DNA of 64,000 nt from Tubulanus polymorphus (lineage: Eukaryota > Animalia > Nemertea): contig NC_134027.1 in assembly GCF_964204645.1 (NCBI RefSeq), positions 12,804,485-12,868,484 of the forward strand. Reading direction: 5' to 3'. Shown here piece after piece: positions 1-11,056 of this stretch (positions are counted from its first letter, which is position 1; the number at the start of each line of letters is the position of its first letter). Under the pieces are notes generated by a model. It was not told the origin of the DNA. It saw only the letters and a program-made list of their open reading frames with translations, and made no database searches. A program made the position numbers and the translations under genes.

Positions 1-1285
1 TTATCGCGGGCGATAAAACCAAAATATTGAATTGTTGCGGGCGATTAAATTAAAATAATGAATTGTCGCGGGCAACAAAACAAAAAATATTGAATTGTCG
101 CGGGCGACAAAACCCAAAAAAAAATTGTCGCGGGCGACTAAAACAAAATATAAAACCAAAATAATGAATTGTCACAATGAATTGTCGCGGGCGACAAAAC
201 CAAAAAGAAGAATTGTCGCGGGCGATAAAACCAAAATAATGAATTGTCGCGGGCGATAAAACCAAAATAATGAATTGTCGCGGGTGACAAAACCAAAATA
301 ATGAATTGTTGCGGGCGACAAAACCAAAATGGTGAATTGTCGCGGGCGACAAAACCAAAATGGTGAATTGTCGCGGGCGATAAAACCAAAATATTGAATT
401 GCCGCGGGCGACAAAAAAAAAAATTGTCGCGGGCGACAAAAACAAAATATAAAACCAAAATAATGAATTGTCGCGGGCGACAAAACCAAAAAGAAGAATT
501 GTCGCAGGCGACAAAACCAAAATAATGAATTGTCGCTGGCGATAAAACCAAAGTATTGAATTGTCGTGGGCGATAAAACCAAAATATTGAATTTTCGCGG
601 GCGACAAAACCAAAATAATGAATTGTCGCCGGCGATAAAACCAAAATAATGAATTATCGCGGGCGATAAAACCAAAATATTGAATTGTTGCGGGCGATTA
701 AATCAAAATAATGAATTGTCGCGGGCAACAAAACCAAAATATTGAATTGTCGCGGGCGACAAAACCAAAAAAAAAATTGTCGCGGGCGACTAAAACAAAA
801 TATAAAACCAAAATAATGAATTGTCGCGGGCGATAAAACCAAAATAATGAATTGTCGCGGGTGACAAAACCAAAATAATGAATTGTTGCGGGCGACAAAA
901 CCAAAATGGTGAATTGTCGCGGGCGACAAAACCAAAATGGTGAATTGTCGCGGGCGATAAAACCAAAATATTGAATTGTCGCGGGCGACAAAAAAAAAAA
1001 TTGTCGCGGGCGACAAAAACAAAATATAAAACCAAAATAATGAATTGTCGCGGGCGACAAAACCAAAAAGAAGAATTGTCGCAGGCGACAAAACCAAAAT
1101 AATGAATTGTCGCTGGCGATAAAACCAAAGTATTGAATTGTCGTGGGCGATAAAACCAAAATATTGAATTTTCGCGGGCGACAAAACCAAAATAATGAAT
1201 TGTCGCGGGCGATAAAACCAAAATATTGAATTGTCGCGTGTGACAAAACCAAAATAATGAATTGTCGCGGGCGACAAAATCAAAA
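1..1285. repeat. Tandem satellite of ~30-bp units (consensus AATTGTCGCGGGCGACAAAACCAAAATAATG) with a ~650-bp higher-order duplication
   Basis: Unit visible roughly 40 times. The variant block starting TTATCGCGGGCGATAAAACC...GCGATTAAAT at 1 recurs at ~654. Confidence 0.95.
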
Positions 1286-1396
1286 TCATTGTTTTCTCGC
1301 GTTATTTTAGTTTTGTCGTTTTGTCGTAATGTCGCCCTCATTTGCATATTCGTGTTTTTTTTTATCTTATCAGCCACCATACTAAAGCCTTAAGGT

Positions 1397-1745
1397 CGCG
1401 TAAAACTCGATAAACACTTCAAGCGACACAGCGAACGATCTCCTTTCCCCCACAGCCAACGCTTAACCTAGTAGAGGCTACTAGCCTATGTAGGCCTATG
1501 TATATGCGTAGGCCTAACATCCGGACAGATTGGTCGTAGGCCTATTGAATAACAACCCACCTAAATATCGTAAATTTTGTTTTGAAGTTCAATCCAATGA
1601 GTCCGTTAATAAACGCAACAATTATACTGTGTTTGTTTGTTTGTTTGAGTAAAGCTCAGTACCGGTAGGCCTAAAGCCGCGTCAAACTCGATAAACACTT
1701 CAAGCGACACAGCGAACGATCCCTTTCCCCCACAGCGAACGCTTA
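1397..1745 (+). repeat. Pair of ~68-bp direct repeats (~1397-1465 and ~1678-1745)
   Basis: AAACTCGATAAACACTTCAAGCGACACAGCGAACGATC(T)CCTTTCCCCCACAGC occurs twice. Confidence 0.85.
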
Positions 1746-2612
1746 CTCCGAATGTCAAGTGTGAGTCCAGCATACGGAAAGGATTGTGTTATATACTTGT
1801 ATTTAGTAAATACCTTGTGGATTTGACAATGATCGGTATGTACTGTAGGAAATAGGCCTATAGAGTATTGATAAATGGTTGAAGCCCGCGGCCGAATAAA
1901 GTAATATATTCTTTTATTTTGATACCTCGTCGACATAACAGCTTTTCTCCGCCTTATCTCTTCGGCCTGTTTAGTTTAGGCCTACGATTCCCCGGTACAC
2001 TAAAGATTTATCTTAGTAAATACACGGTTAATTCGGTAAAGAAAAATTGGTATTGTTAAACGAACTCCTTGAAACCCGCAGCCAAATCACTGGTAGTAAT
2101 AAATTAATTTGTCCTCGATTTGATTCTCATGATGAGGAGAAACTCGCAGCTCATCCGCGGAACGTCGATGTAGTAACACACGTCGATTCGTCGATGTTTA
2201 CGGCTCGACAGTGCTTTTAAAATCTAAAGTAGTAAATTTCCAGTGTATCGGTAATATGATTTGATGAGGAAAATGGGCTATTGTTAAAATCACTGTTTGA
2301 AGACCGCGACTGAATGTGAAGTCTGCGGCAATAAATTAGTTCATTTATACTTGAATTGATAATCGAAGTGACAGTCGGCCTGCGGGTTGATTTCGGGATG
2401 ACGACTCGAAAAACATGTCGCCCCATTGAATGGGGCTAAATTTTCGATGTTTACGGCCCGACAGCGCTTTTGTAACGACGATTCGTGAAAAAACACGCGG
2501 GCTATTTGTAGATCTCAGTGAGCTGAACGATATTATATGGATTGTATATGAAACAGCGGTAAGGTAACAAAGCCTATGTTCTTTTGGTAAAAATAGTGTG
2601 GAAGAAAATAAT

Positions 2613-2765
2613 AATAATCACGCGGATATCAATAGGGTTTTCTGTGAAATAACAGAAAACCCTAATAATCACGCGGATATCAATAGGGTTTTCTGTGAAA
2701 TAACAGAAAACCCTAATAATCACGCGGATATCAATAGGGTTTTCTGTGAAATAACAGAAAACCCT
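2613..2765. repeat. Three 51-bp tandem repeats, each with a 12-bp-stem hairpin
   Basis: Unit AATAATCACGCGGATATCAAT-AGGGTTTTCTGT-GAAATA-ACAGAAAACCCT x3. Confidence 0.9.
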
Positions 2766-2793
2766 AATTATTACTTTTCAAGAATTAGATGCT

Positions 2794-3171
2794 ATGAAAC
2801 CAGATAAAGTAATAAAATATTTTAAGATTTATGAAAAAGCTAGATTAGCTAGAATAAATGATTCTATTTCAGATGGTATTGTCAAATGTTATTCAAAATT
2901 ATGTAACCAGTTAATACCAATTGATGATGAAAATAAATTATATAGTGATTTGAAAAATGACTACTTAGTTATGACTGAATTACAAAAATGGGTTGGTTAT
3001 GCTTCATTTCAATTAGGATCTGTTATGACATTAATTTCTACTGGTGTCATAACATTTTCGAATATCAAGCCTATAGAATATAAATCAGTTAAGAACGAAA
3101 CAGATGTACTACAACCAAACGTCGAAACAGAAAATGAATCAGAACAAAAATTAACTAAAATAAATGAGTGA
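2794..3171 (+). CDS. Polinton hypothetical protein with a hydrophobic segment
   Basis: 125-aa ORF overlapping the next ORF within the viral cluster. Confidence 0.6.
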   Translation: MKPDKVIKYFKIYEKARLARINDSISDGIVKCYSKLCNQLIPIDDENKLYSDLKNDYLVMTELQKWVGYASFQLGSVMTLISTGVITFSNIKPIEYKSVKNETDVLQPNVETENESEQKLTKINE

Positions 3172-3532
3172 TGGAGTTAAGAAAAAGGCTAGATCCGAGA
3201 AACAAATTAAATGGGCAAGAGAATTGGGTAAAAGATCTTCAGAATTAAAAAAAGCTAAGAAAAAGAAATTAACTGATATAAATGAATCACAGACTTTATC
3301 TGATATTAATTCAAATAATAATCCATCTAATTCTTCTATTGCTGGAAGTAATTATAAATTATATATTACATTTGGATTAGTAACAGTTATTATATTATCC
3401 GGTGTAATATATAAATCAAAATTCAAATCTGATGATAAATATGATTCCAATGACAATAAACCTATTATACCAGAAAATAAGTCAAATCATAAAGCCATTG
3501 AAACTAAATCTAAATTATTATTAATGGATTAA
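3164..3532 (+). CDS. Polinton small basic protein with one predicted TM helix
   Basis: K/R-rich N-terminus (KKKARSEKQIKWARELGKRS), hydrophobic LYITFGLVTVIILSGVIY, TAAATG start. Confidence 0.65.
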   Translation: MSDGVKKKARSEKQIKWARELGKRSSELKKAKKKKLTDINESQTLSDINSNNNPSNSSIAGSNYKLYITFGLVTVIILSGVIYKSKFKSDDKYDSNDNKPIIPENKSNHKAIETKSKLLLMD

Positions 3533-3538
3533 AATAAG

Positions 3539-4622
3539 ATGAAAAAAGAACAATATTTAAGAGATTTATATTATAACCCAGAAAGTGAAGTATCATATTC
3601 TAACGTTTCAGAATTATGGAATAAAATTAAATCTGATAATGAAAATGGTAATGGATCCGTACAGCACCCACATGGTGATATAAAATATAGTGAACTAAGA
3701 TTATGGTTACAAAATCAACCAACATATCAAATCCACAAGAAAATGGATAAAACTTATTTAACAAGAAAAGTTATGGTTTCATATACCGATCAACAATGGC
3801 AGATTTAATTGACATGAAGAACTTAGAAGAACACAACAAAGGATATTTCTGGATACTGAATGTTATAGACATATTCAGTAGATACGCATGGTCAATTCCA
3901 ATCAAAAATAAAACTGGAATAGAAGTTACAAATGCTTTTAAATACAATTTGATGAAGGTAAGGAATTTTATAACAAACATTTTAAAAAACTATTATCTGA
4001 TAACGATGTAGAATATTTTTCAACACACTCAGATAAAAAAGCATCTATTATAGAAAGATTTAATAAAACATTGAAAACTAGAATGTGGAAATATTTTACT
4101 GCTAATGAAACATATAAAAATATCGATGTATTAGATGATTTAGTGAAAGGTTATAATAATTCTAAACATAGTTCTATAAATATGAAACCTATACAAGCTA
4201 GAAAAGAAGATAATTCGGAAATAGTTTGGAATAATTTATATGGCGCGTTTGTTACACATGATTTCGGTGAACCTAGATTCAAAATTGGACAACACGTTAG
4301 AATATCTAAATATAGAAAAACCTTTTATAAAGGTTATACCCCTAATTTTACTGAAGGAATATTTAAAATTAAAAAGATAATATTAACTAAACCATTTGTT
4401 TAAAAATTAGAAGATCTAAAAGATGAAGAAATATTAGGTTATTTCTATGAACAAGAATTATCACTTGTGCCATATCCAGAAGAAATAGAATATAAAATAG
4501 AAAAAGTATTGAAAACAAAAACTCTTAAAGGAAAAAAGTATTCTTTGGTGAAATATAAAGGATATGATGATAAATTTAATGAATGGATTTTATCTAGTAA
4601 AATTAAAAGAATAAATGAATAA
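3539..4622 (+). pseudogene. Polinton retroviral-type (rve) integrase with C-terminal chromodomain; frameshifted
   Basis: Joined frames give YYNP..SYS, QWQADLIDM..IDIFSRYAW, QFDEGKEFYN, KASIIERFNKTLK (D-D-E), YNNSKHSSI, then YKIEKVL..LVKYKGYDDKFNEWI. Confidence 0.9.
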
Positions 4623-5220
4623 AGATTTATTTATATTTGAACCGCATAATATGTTAGTTACTGGAGTAACCAATTGTGGTAAAACACATTTCATATTAGA
4701 CTTGTTAGAAACTATTTATAAGAATCATTTTGATAATATAATATTATTCTGCCCTACTTATGAAATGAATAAAACATATAATAGAGATATAGTTAAGATA
4801 AAAAAGTTTATTATATTAAATCCCAAAACAGTAAAAGAAAATTTAGATAATTGTATAAAAATAGCAATTGATACTTATAAAGGATCAAATACATTATTCA
4901 TTGTAGATGATTGCGCAAATTTACATGATTCAAAAGTGAGAGAAAGTGAGTTATGTTATCTAGCTTTCTCTGGAAGACATTTCGGGATAACAACATGGGT
5001 TTTAAATCAAAAATATAATTCAATTGACTTTAGGGAGAATATAAGATTTCTAGTTTTATTTTATAACAAAGATAAAAAATCTATGCAACAATCATTGGAA
5101 GAAAATCAAATTATACCTACTGAATTACATGATGAATATATGAATAAATTAAAGAATAATAAAGGTTCAAAATTATTACTGAGATTACAATTTCCCTATG
5201 AATATAAATTTATAAAATAA
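4615..5220 (+). CDS. A32/FtsK-like DNA packaging ATPase
   Basis: Walker A GVTNCGKT, Walker B LFIVDD, GRH motif. Confidence 0.88.
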   Translation: MNKDLFIFEPHNMLVTGVTNCGKTHFILDLLETIYKNHFDNIILFCPTYEMNKTYNRDIVKIKKFIILNPKTVKENLDNCIKIAIDTYKGSNTLFIVDDCANLHDSKVRESELCYLAFSGRHFGITTWVLNQKYNSIDFRENIRFLVLFYNKDKKSMQQSLEENQIIPTELHDEYMNKLKNNKGSKLLLRLQFPYEYKFIK

Positions 5221-5609
5221 CTATTTGTATACCTATGTATTAGATACCCTAATACCTGATACCCCATTAGATACCCTAATACCTGATACCCTATTAGATA
5301 CCTTGAATACTTAAAACCCCCTTTTTTAAAATAAATGTTATTTATACAATTTTCAACCAATTTATTTTTATTTTTTCATAAAACATATGAATAAGTTTGA
5401 AAATAATAAAGGTTATTTATTATTACTGAGGTTTCAATATAAATTTAAAAAAGAAATATAATTTAAGGTATTTTCAAATAATATGTATTAAATACGTATT
5501 AGATACGTATTAGATACGTATTAGATATGTATTAAATACGTATTAGATACCTTAATACTTAAAACCCCCTTTTTTATTTACTATTATTTTATACAATTTT
5601 CAACCTTTA
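5221..5609. repeat. Repeat-rich spacer between convergent Polinton gene blocks
   Basis: Repeated TATTAGATAC(C/G) units plus a duplicated TAGATACCTT..AATACTTAAAACCCCCTTTTTT..TTTATACAATTTTCAACC block (~5296-5358 and ~5544-5605). Confidence 0.7.
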
Positions 5610-6479
5610 TTACTTTTTGAGTGTTAGATAATCACTTTCTGAATCACTTTCACTATCAGACCCTAACAATTTATTCAAATGCTCTACCGTATCTTCATAA
5701 ATAATTGGTTTATTGATATACTTATTAGTCATCTCAACTATATCTTTATTTTCTGATTTAAGTTTCATAGAATCTTTATTATCAATGCGCTTTCCTGTAT
5801 TTTCATTATTATCTTTATTAGTGTTTGCTCCTAATATTTCATTTACAATGTTTGATTCTAATTTAATAGCATCGGTTAAATCTAATTCATCTTTATTAGG
5901 CGTTGCTAATAATAAATCTTTACATAATTCTTTACCATTTACTTTTTGATTTGAAACAAACTTTGTAACATATCTAAATGGGTGTTCTATAAATTCTTTT
6001 AAACCAACACGTTCTATAACATTATTTATATGTACCCTTGTATTCATATGTTTATTCCAATTTGATGTAGCGTTTGAAAATTCACTTTTACAATATCCAC
6101 AATAATTTCTATTTTCACTAACATTTAATATTATTTCATTATTAGATGTAGAAGGTATTACATTATTAGATGTAGAAGGTATTACATTATTAGATGTAGA
6201 AGGTATTACATTATTAGATGTAGAAGGTATTACATTATTAGATGTAGAAGGTATTACATTATTAGATGTAGAAGGTATTACATTATTATCAATTACATTA
6301 CTTAAATTATCAACAACACCACTTTTATTATTATTGATTTCTATTAGTTTAGTTTTATAAATTTTGAAAATAGGATCAAATATCAAAGCTATATTACAAG
6401 GTATTACATAATATAAACCATCATTATTTTCATGTGTATCGATATATGGAATATGTTTATATACTTTACCTCCTTCCAT
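5610..6479 (-). CDS. Polinton protein with a 6x NNVIPSTS repeat and a C2H2/matrin-like zinc finger
   Basis: 24-bp tandem repeat at ~6138-6290; YCGYCK..WNKHMNTRVH. Confidence 0.7.
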   Translation of the reverse strand: MEGGKVYKHIPYIDTHENNDGLYYVIPCNIALIFDPIFKIYKTKLIEINNNKSGVVDNLSNVIDNNVIPSTSNNVIPSTSNNVIPSTSNNVIPSTSNNVIPSTSNNVIPSTSNNEIILNVSENRNYCGYCKSEFSNATSNWNKHMNTRVHINNVIERVGLKEFIEHPFRYVTKFVSNQKVNGKELCKDLLLATPNKDELDLTDAIKLESNIVNEILGANTNKDNNENTGKRIDNKDSMKLKSENKDIVEMTNKYINKPIIYEDTVEHLNKLLGSDSESDSESDYLTLKK

Positions 6480-6511
6480 TTATTATATAATTTTTTATTA
6501 AAGTTAAAATT

Positions 6512-7760
6512 TTAATACATAACACTATTTAATTGAGAATTTACAATATTTAATTGCGCGTCAGATATAATATAAATGTGCATTTTAAAGTTTTTGATTC
6601 CTTTACTCTTTGTCATGAATAATTGTATTCCATCTTTAGTGTTTTGTAATTTTTTTTCCAGAACCATGTAATGAATTATCCTCTGTTGTTCTAAAATCTT
6701 GCCATAATGCATATTTATTACCGGTATAATAATCAATTTGATTAATGTTACAATTTTCAGATGATTTCACTTTTTCATTCATAAAATGTTTTCTAATTTC
6801 TGGCCATTGATCAATCATTCTCATTCCTTGACAAAATATTTTATTTGCTATTCCTTCGATAGTTATTTCTACTTTTGTTATTTCAGGATTATAATAATTA
6901 TCAACATTTATTGCGCCATTAGTATATGTTGCAATGGTAAAAAATATTAATATACCTTTAATAGATCTTCTTGGGAAGTTAATATTCTCATTAATAATTT
7001 CATCATTTGCATTAATAGTTACAGTTTTAAATTTATCAATATAATCATATAATAATGAAAATCCTTGATTGTATTGAGTTTGAATTATACTTGCAATATT
7101 TTCATCAGTAACTGTATCATATTCTAAACATATATTCGATAATTTATAACTCATATCTTTATTAACGCTAGATAATACAATTTCATTTACAGGAGCAAAT
7201 GTTATTTCGAATATAACGTCTTCTTGAATTGCGTATTTATATGAAGGTGCATTGTTATTTATCAATTCAAAGTCTAATGGAATTTTATATTTGCTTCCAT
7301 ATATACTTTTTATCAATTTATCGATAGAATTAGTTAATATTGCATTATGTGCTTCCGATCTTAATTTATTTTGGTTTTCTGATTGGATTCCTTGAAATAT
7401 CATATTATTTCTATTTTTTTTAGTTAACCATAAATCTTTATAATGCATAAATAAATTATAATCATCTAATGAGAAAACTGTTTCAGGACCAATCTTTATA
7501 GTTGATTTTTTAATCAAATATCTTCCAACATTATCAACAACATAATTATTATTATTACCGATTACTTTTATATCGGCTGATAAATAAATACTATTTGGAA
7601 CATAAAAAATATTTTGTGTTAATCTAGGAATTCTAACATATAAAGTTTCATCGGGATTAATATTAGAAGGGTTATGAGTAATTATATGATGTGATCTTTC
7701 TGCTTTAATAGCATTAGATATTCTATGATTCTTAGAAGGATTGATATAACTCCCACTCAT
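6512..7760 (-). pseudogene. Major capsid protein (double jelly-roll/hexon-like); one frameshift near 6655
   Basis: 374-aa ORF (THNPSNI..LYVRIP..NICLEYD..DFRTTEDNSLHGSG) continues in another frame as KKLQNTKDGIQL..YIISDAQLNI. Size and context fit an MCP. Confidence 0.75.
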
Positions 7761-7780
7761 TTATTTAACAAAAAAATTAA

Positions 7781-9469
7781 TTATTCATTTTTTATCATGT
7801 TTACTAATCCAAAAATAATAGCACTTACAACTGTAATTAAAAATAAAATAATATGTTCAGCAGCAAAGTTAATAATATTCCCAGCAGATTTCAATATAAA
7901 ACCAACAATTGATGCAATAACTCCTGGCAATGCTGCAGCAGATTTCTTTGATAGTTCCCATAAATATTTTGCTAATTTCTTTAAACCATCTTTAACTTTA
8001 TCTTGTATAGAATTATTATCATTCGGGGGTTTATCCGGTTTATTTGGAATTCCAATTGTTGTAAATAACATAGTTACAGCTGTTAGAATTGAAAGAATTG
8101 TTATTCCTTCTAACTTAAATAATAATCTTATTCTATCTTTTAGTGATATGTCAGAATTTGGTTTTATCAACAAATCTTTAAAAATAACTTTTAATCTAGT
8201 AATATTATAATCATATGATTTTAATAATAATTTAATTTCTTCTTTTTGTAATTCTATGTTATATTCTTAATCATCTTTTTCTTTTTCTAAATACGCATTT
8301 CTTTTTTTAAATTCAATTTCTTCAATAACTTTATTATCTCTATCTAATTTTAGTTGTTCTATTTCTTTAATTTTATCAGTTCTATCTTTTTCTAAAAATC
8401 TAATTTTAATATCTCTTTTACTTTTTTCATGCGCAATTTTATCAGCTGATTCTTGCATACCTTTAATTTCTCTACGCGCTTGTTCAGGAAATGCTTCTAA
8501 TTCATCATCATTTAAATCAAATAATCCTTTTTCTAGTAAAGATTGTATTCGATTTATTCCAGTTTCAGCACCGGGTGTATCTAAAACACTATTCATCTCT
8601 TCTTCAAATGAATGAATTGTATCTAACATGCTATCAAAATGTTTTACTAATTGTAATTGACTTGAATCATTATCAATTTGTTGAATATCTCTTCTCGATG
8701 TTTCGGGTGTTGAAGATCTTAATTTATCTAATCGATCTTCATACTCTTCCATTTCTGGATCAACATTAGGAGGATTTAAATTTGGATTTTTAAATGGTGA
8801 ATATTTGTTAATATCAATTTTAGGAATTGGTTCTTCTTCATTTATTCTATCGATTGCATTCCATATAATTCTGAGAAATTCTCTACCACCTTTTGAACGT
8901 TCAATTGAAGATCCTGCACGCATTTCAGGATGGTACAGATCTTCTTGTCCCATTTTAGATAATTGAATTGATACAGTTTCGTTATTTAATTCAACTTTAT
9001 AAAACCATGAATCATTTTTAAATTCTAAATTATTCATGAAAAATGGATCATCTTCTACAATTTGTATTGCAATATCTTCTGGTTCAATGTTATATGTTAC
9101 ATTTTTTGGTAATAATTCTTCAATAACTGTATTTGTTACACTATGTTTTATGTATAATAATTGTTTTTTCAATTCAGGGTTTTCTGTTCTTTCTAATCTA
9201 TTAATTAAATCTTTTCTATCTGGCCTAGTTTTAATCATTATCTTATCGAGGGATTCTAAATAATCTATTAATTTTTCACTTGTTACAGTATCATATTTAA
9301 ATTCATCATAATCATATAATATAGGCCCACTAGAATCATCTTCACCTAAATTAGTATTATATGCTGATTCATCATCATTATCAATATTAGTTTCATTAAA
9401 ATCAGGTTGTGGTTCATCACTTATATAGGGGGCGTCACCAAAAGTATCCATTGGAATATCTTCTTCCAT
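7781..9469 (-). pseudogene. Large acidic/coiled-coil Polinton protein with C-terminal hydrophobic helices, split by one in-frame stop at 8267-8269
   Basis: The 400-aa and 130-aa ORFs are in frame, and the 93 nt between them read open (EYNIELQKEEIKLLLKSYDYNITRLKVIFKD). Confidence 0.7.
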
Positions 9470-9664
9470 TTATATAATAATGTTTTGTCGTTTTTCTCTA
9501 TATTCTTCCGCTGCTTTATTGTATTTCTCTAATGCTAAGTTATGTCTTCTTTGTTCTCCTAATGAACTATTTTTATCAATATGCTTAAATAAATAACCGC
9601 CACCAGTAAATGCTAAAGCGTTAACAATTGCCGATCCTATGATAGTTAGAATTGCAGAAGCCAT
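9470..9664 (-). CDS. Small Polinton protein with hydrophobic Gly/Ala N-terminus and EQRRHNLALE motif
   Basis: ORF track; abuts the next gene via TAA-ATG. Confidence 0.65.
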   Translation of the reverse strand: MASAILTIIGSAIVNALAFTGGGYLFKHIDKNSSLGEQRRHNLALEKYNKAAEEYREKRQNIII

Positions 9665-9688
9665 TTATTTAGCAAAAAAATTATGCAT

Positions 9689-9910
9689 TTATATGGGAGG
9701 AATATATTTTTGTTTTTCCAAATAATCAACAGTTAAATTAGATAAAGTAACTGCTAATGTTAATTTTAAAATATCATTGATATCAAATCTATCAACATTA
9801 ACACTTCCCATTTTGAATACCTTTTCTAATACCATTGAATAACCAACATTTCCAACTGATAGTAATGCTCCATTATATAATCCAGTTATTATCCACTTAT
9901 TATCACTCAT
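9689..9910 (-). CDS. Small Polinton hypothetical protein
   Basis: 73-aa ORF preceded by the shared TAAATAAATG motif. Confidence 0.6.
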   Translation of the reverse strand: MSDNKWIITGLYNGALLSVGNVGYSMVLEKVFKMGSVNVDRFDINDILKLTLAVTLSNLTVDYLEKQKYIPPI

Positions 9911-10270
9911 TTATTTATCAAAAAAATTACTATCTTCAAAATATTTAGTTAACTTATTTATGATTAATTCAACATTTATTTCATTACTACTTTTATGATT
10001 ATCATATATTTCAATTATTATTTTTTTAATATCATCTATAATAAAATCTTCATCTAATTCATAAAATCTTAAAGATTCTCTAATTAAATTAGTAATCTTT
10101 TCTACATTTAAAGTTTCTTTATTTATTGTTGTTTCATACTCAAATGTTGTTTCATTAGAAAATGCAATATTTTTGATATGTGTAATTACATCATTAACGT
10201 TAAATTTCAATTCTTTCTCACGTTTAAAATCAAACCCAAAACATATACTCGGTCCAACAGTTATATTCAT
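9911..10270 (-). CDS. Polinton hypothetical protein
   Basis: 119-aa ORF tightly packed in the cluster, with shared upstream motif. Confidence 0.55.
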   Translation of the reverse strand: MNITVGPSICFGFDFKREKELKFNVNDVITHIKNIAFSNETTFEYETTINKETLNVEKITNLIRESLRFYELDEDFIIDDIKKIIIEIYDNHKSSNEINVELIINKLTKYFEDSNFFDK

Positions 10271-10286
10271 TTATATGGTGAAAAAA

Positions 10287-11042
10287 TTACTCTCTACATC
10301 TTATAACTAATTCATATATCACAGGAAAGTTATTCAAATCAATTAAATATCCATTATGATTTCTTATTTCTAATTTAAAATTATTAAATTTAGGAATGCA
10401 TGGTTTGAAATCACATTCTGTTAAATTATAATTTATTTGAGTTCCAAATTGTTTAACATTTTTTAGCGGTAAAATATTTAGTATACTAGATCTACAAATT
10501 GTTTCTTTAGTTGCTTCGAAAGTTTTTGTAGGCTCGATTAAATTGCAATAAATATAAAAGTGTGTAAAAGGTATTATATTTGAGCTGCCTTCTGCGTTTC
10601 CAGTAACTGTAAGCGGTTTAATTCCTAACATTTTAGCCAGTGGTTTGTTTACCATAAATTTATGTTGTTCATTAGATATCTTTATTCTTATTTTATTAGT
10701 ACTATCAATTTTATTAAATTTAATTTCAAATACAGAAGTGCCCCCGATTTTCAACCGAGCTCTTCTATTAATTTCCTGCGCAAATTATTCTGAATTATAT
10801 AATCCTGGTTTTAAAAATACATGAAACCATTTATCTTTATTTCTCATACAAATCATAAACCCTCTATGTTCAAAAGTTTTATCTGATATATTATAAAAAG
10901 AATTACATAAACTTATATTTACTAATTTTAAATCAACACAATTCTTGAATTCTCTATCTAATTGTACTAGTAAATTATGAGATTTATAATTAGTAAGTTT
11001 TCTTGAATCAACAAATATTCTGTATTCTTTTAATTTCGCCAT
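10287..11042 (-). pseudogene. Minor capsid (penton-like) protein with an in-frame stop at 10785-10787
   Basis: 85-aa and 155-aa ORFs in frame; IFVDSR..NSFYNI..PGLY..LAKMLG..YIYCNLI..IDLNNFPV pattern typical of Polinton pentons. Confidence 0.75.
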
Positions 11043-11056
11043 TTATTTTACATATT

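Noticed and set aside
1-1285. CRISPR-like appearance of palindromic ~30-bp repeats
   Set aside because: No unique spacers, no cas genes, and a eukaryotic context.
50-1380. Six long minus-strand ORFs with repeating LSPATIHYFGF peptides
   Set aside because: Artefacts of a stop-poor satellite; open in all three frames.
1383-2600. Polinton terminal inverted repeat
   Set aside because: No matching inverted copy found elsewhere in the window, so the termini cannot be assigned.
2598-2807. 69-aa ORF with a 17-aa repeat
   Set aside because: Mostly made of the 51-bp hairpin repeat with a GTG start; at best a disrupted 5' part of the next gene.
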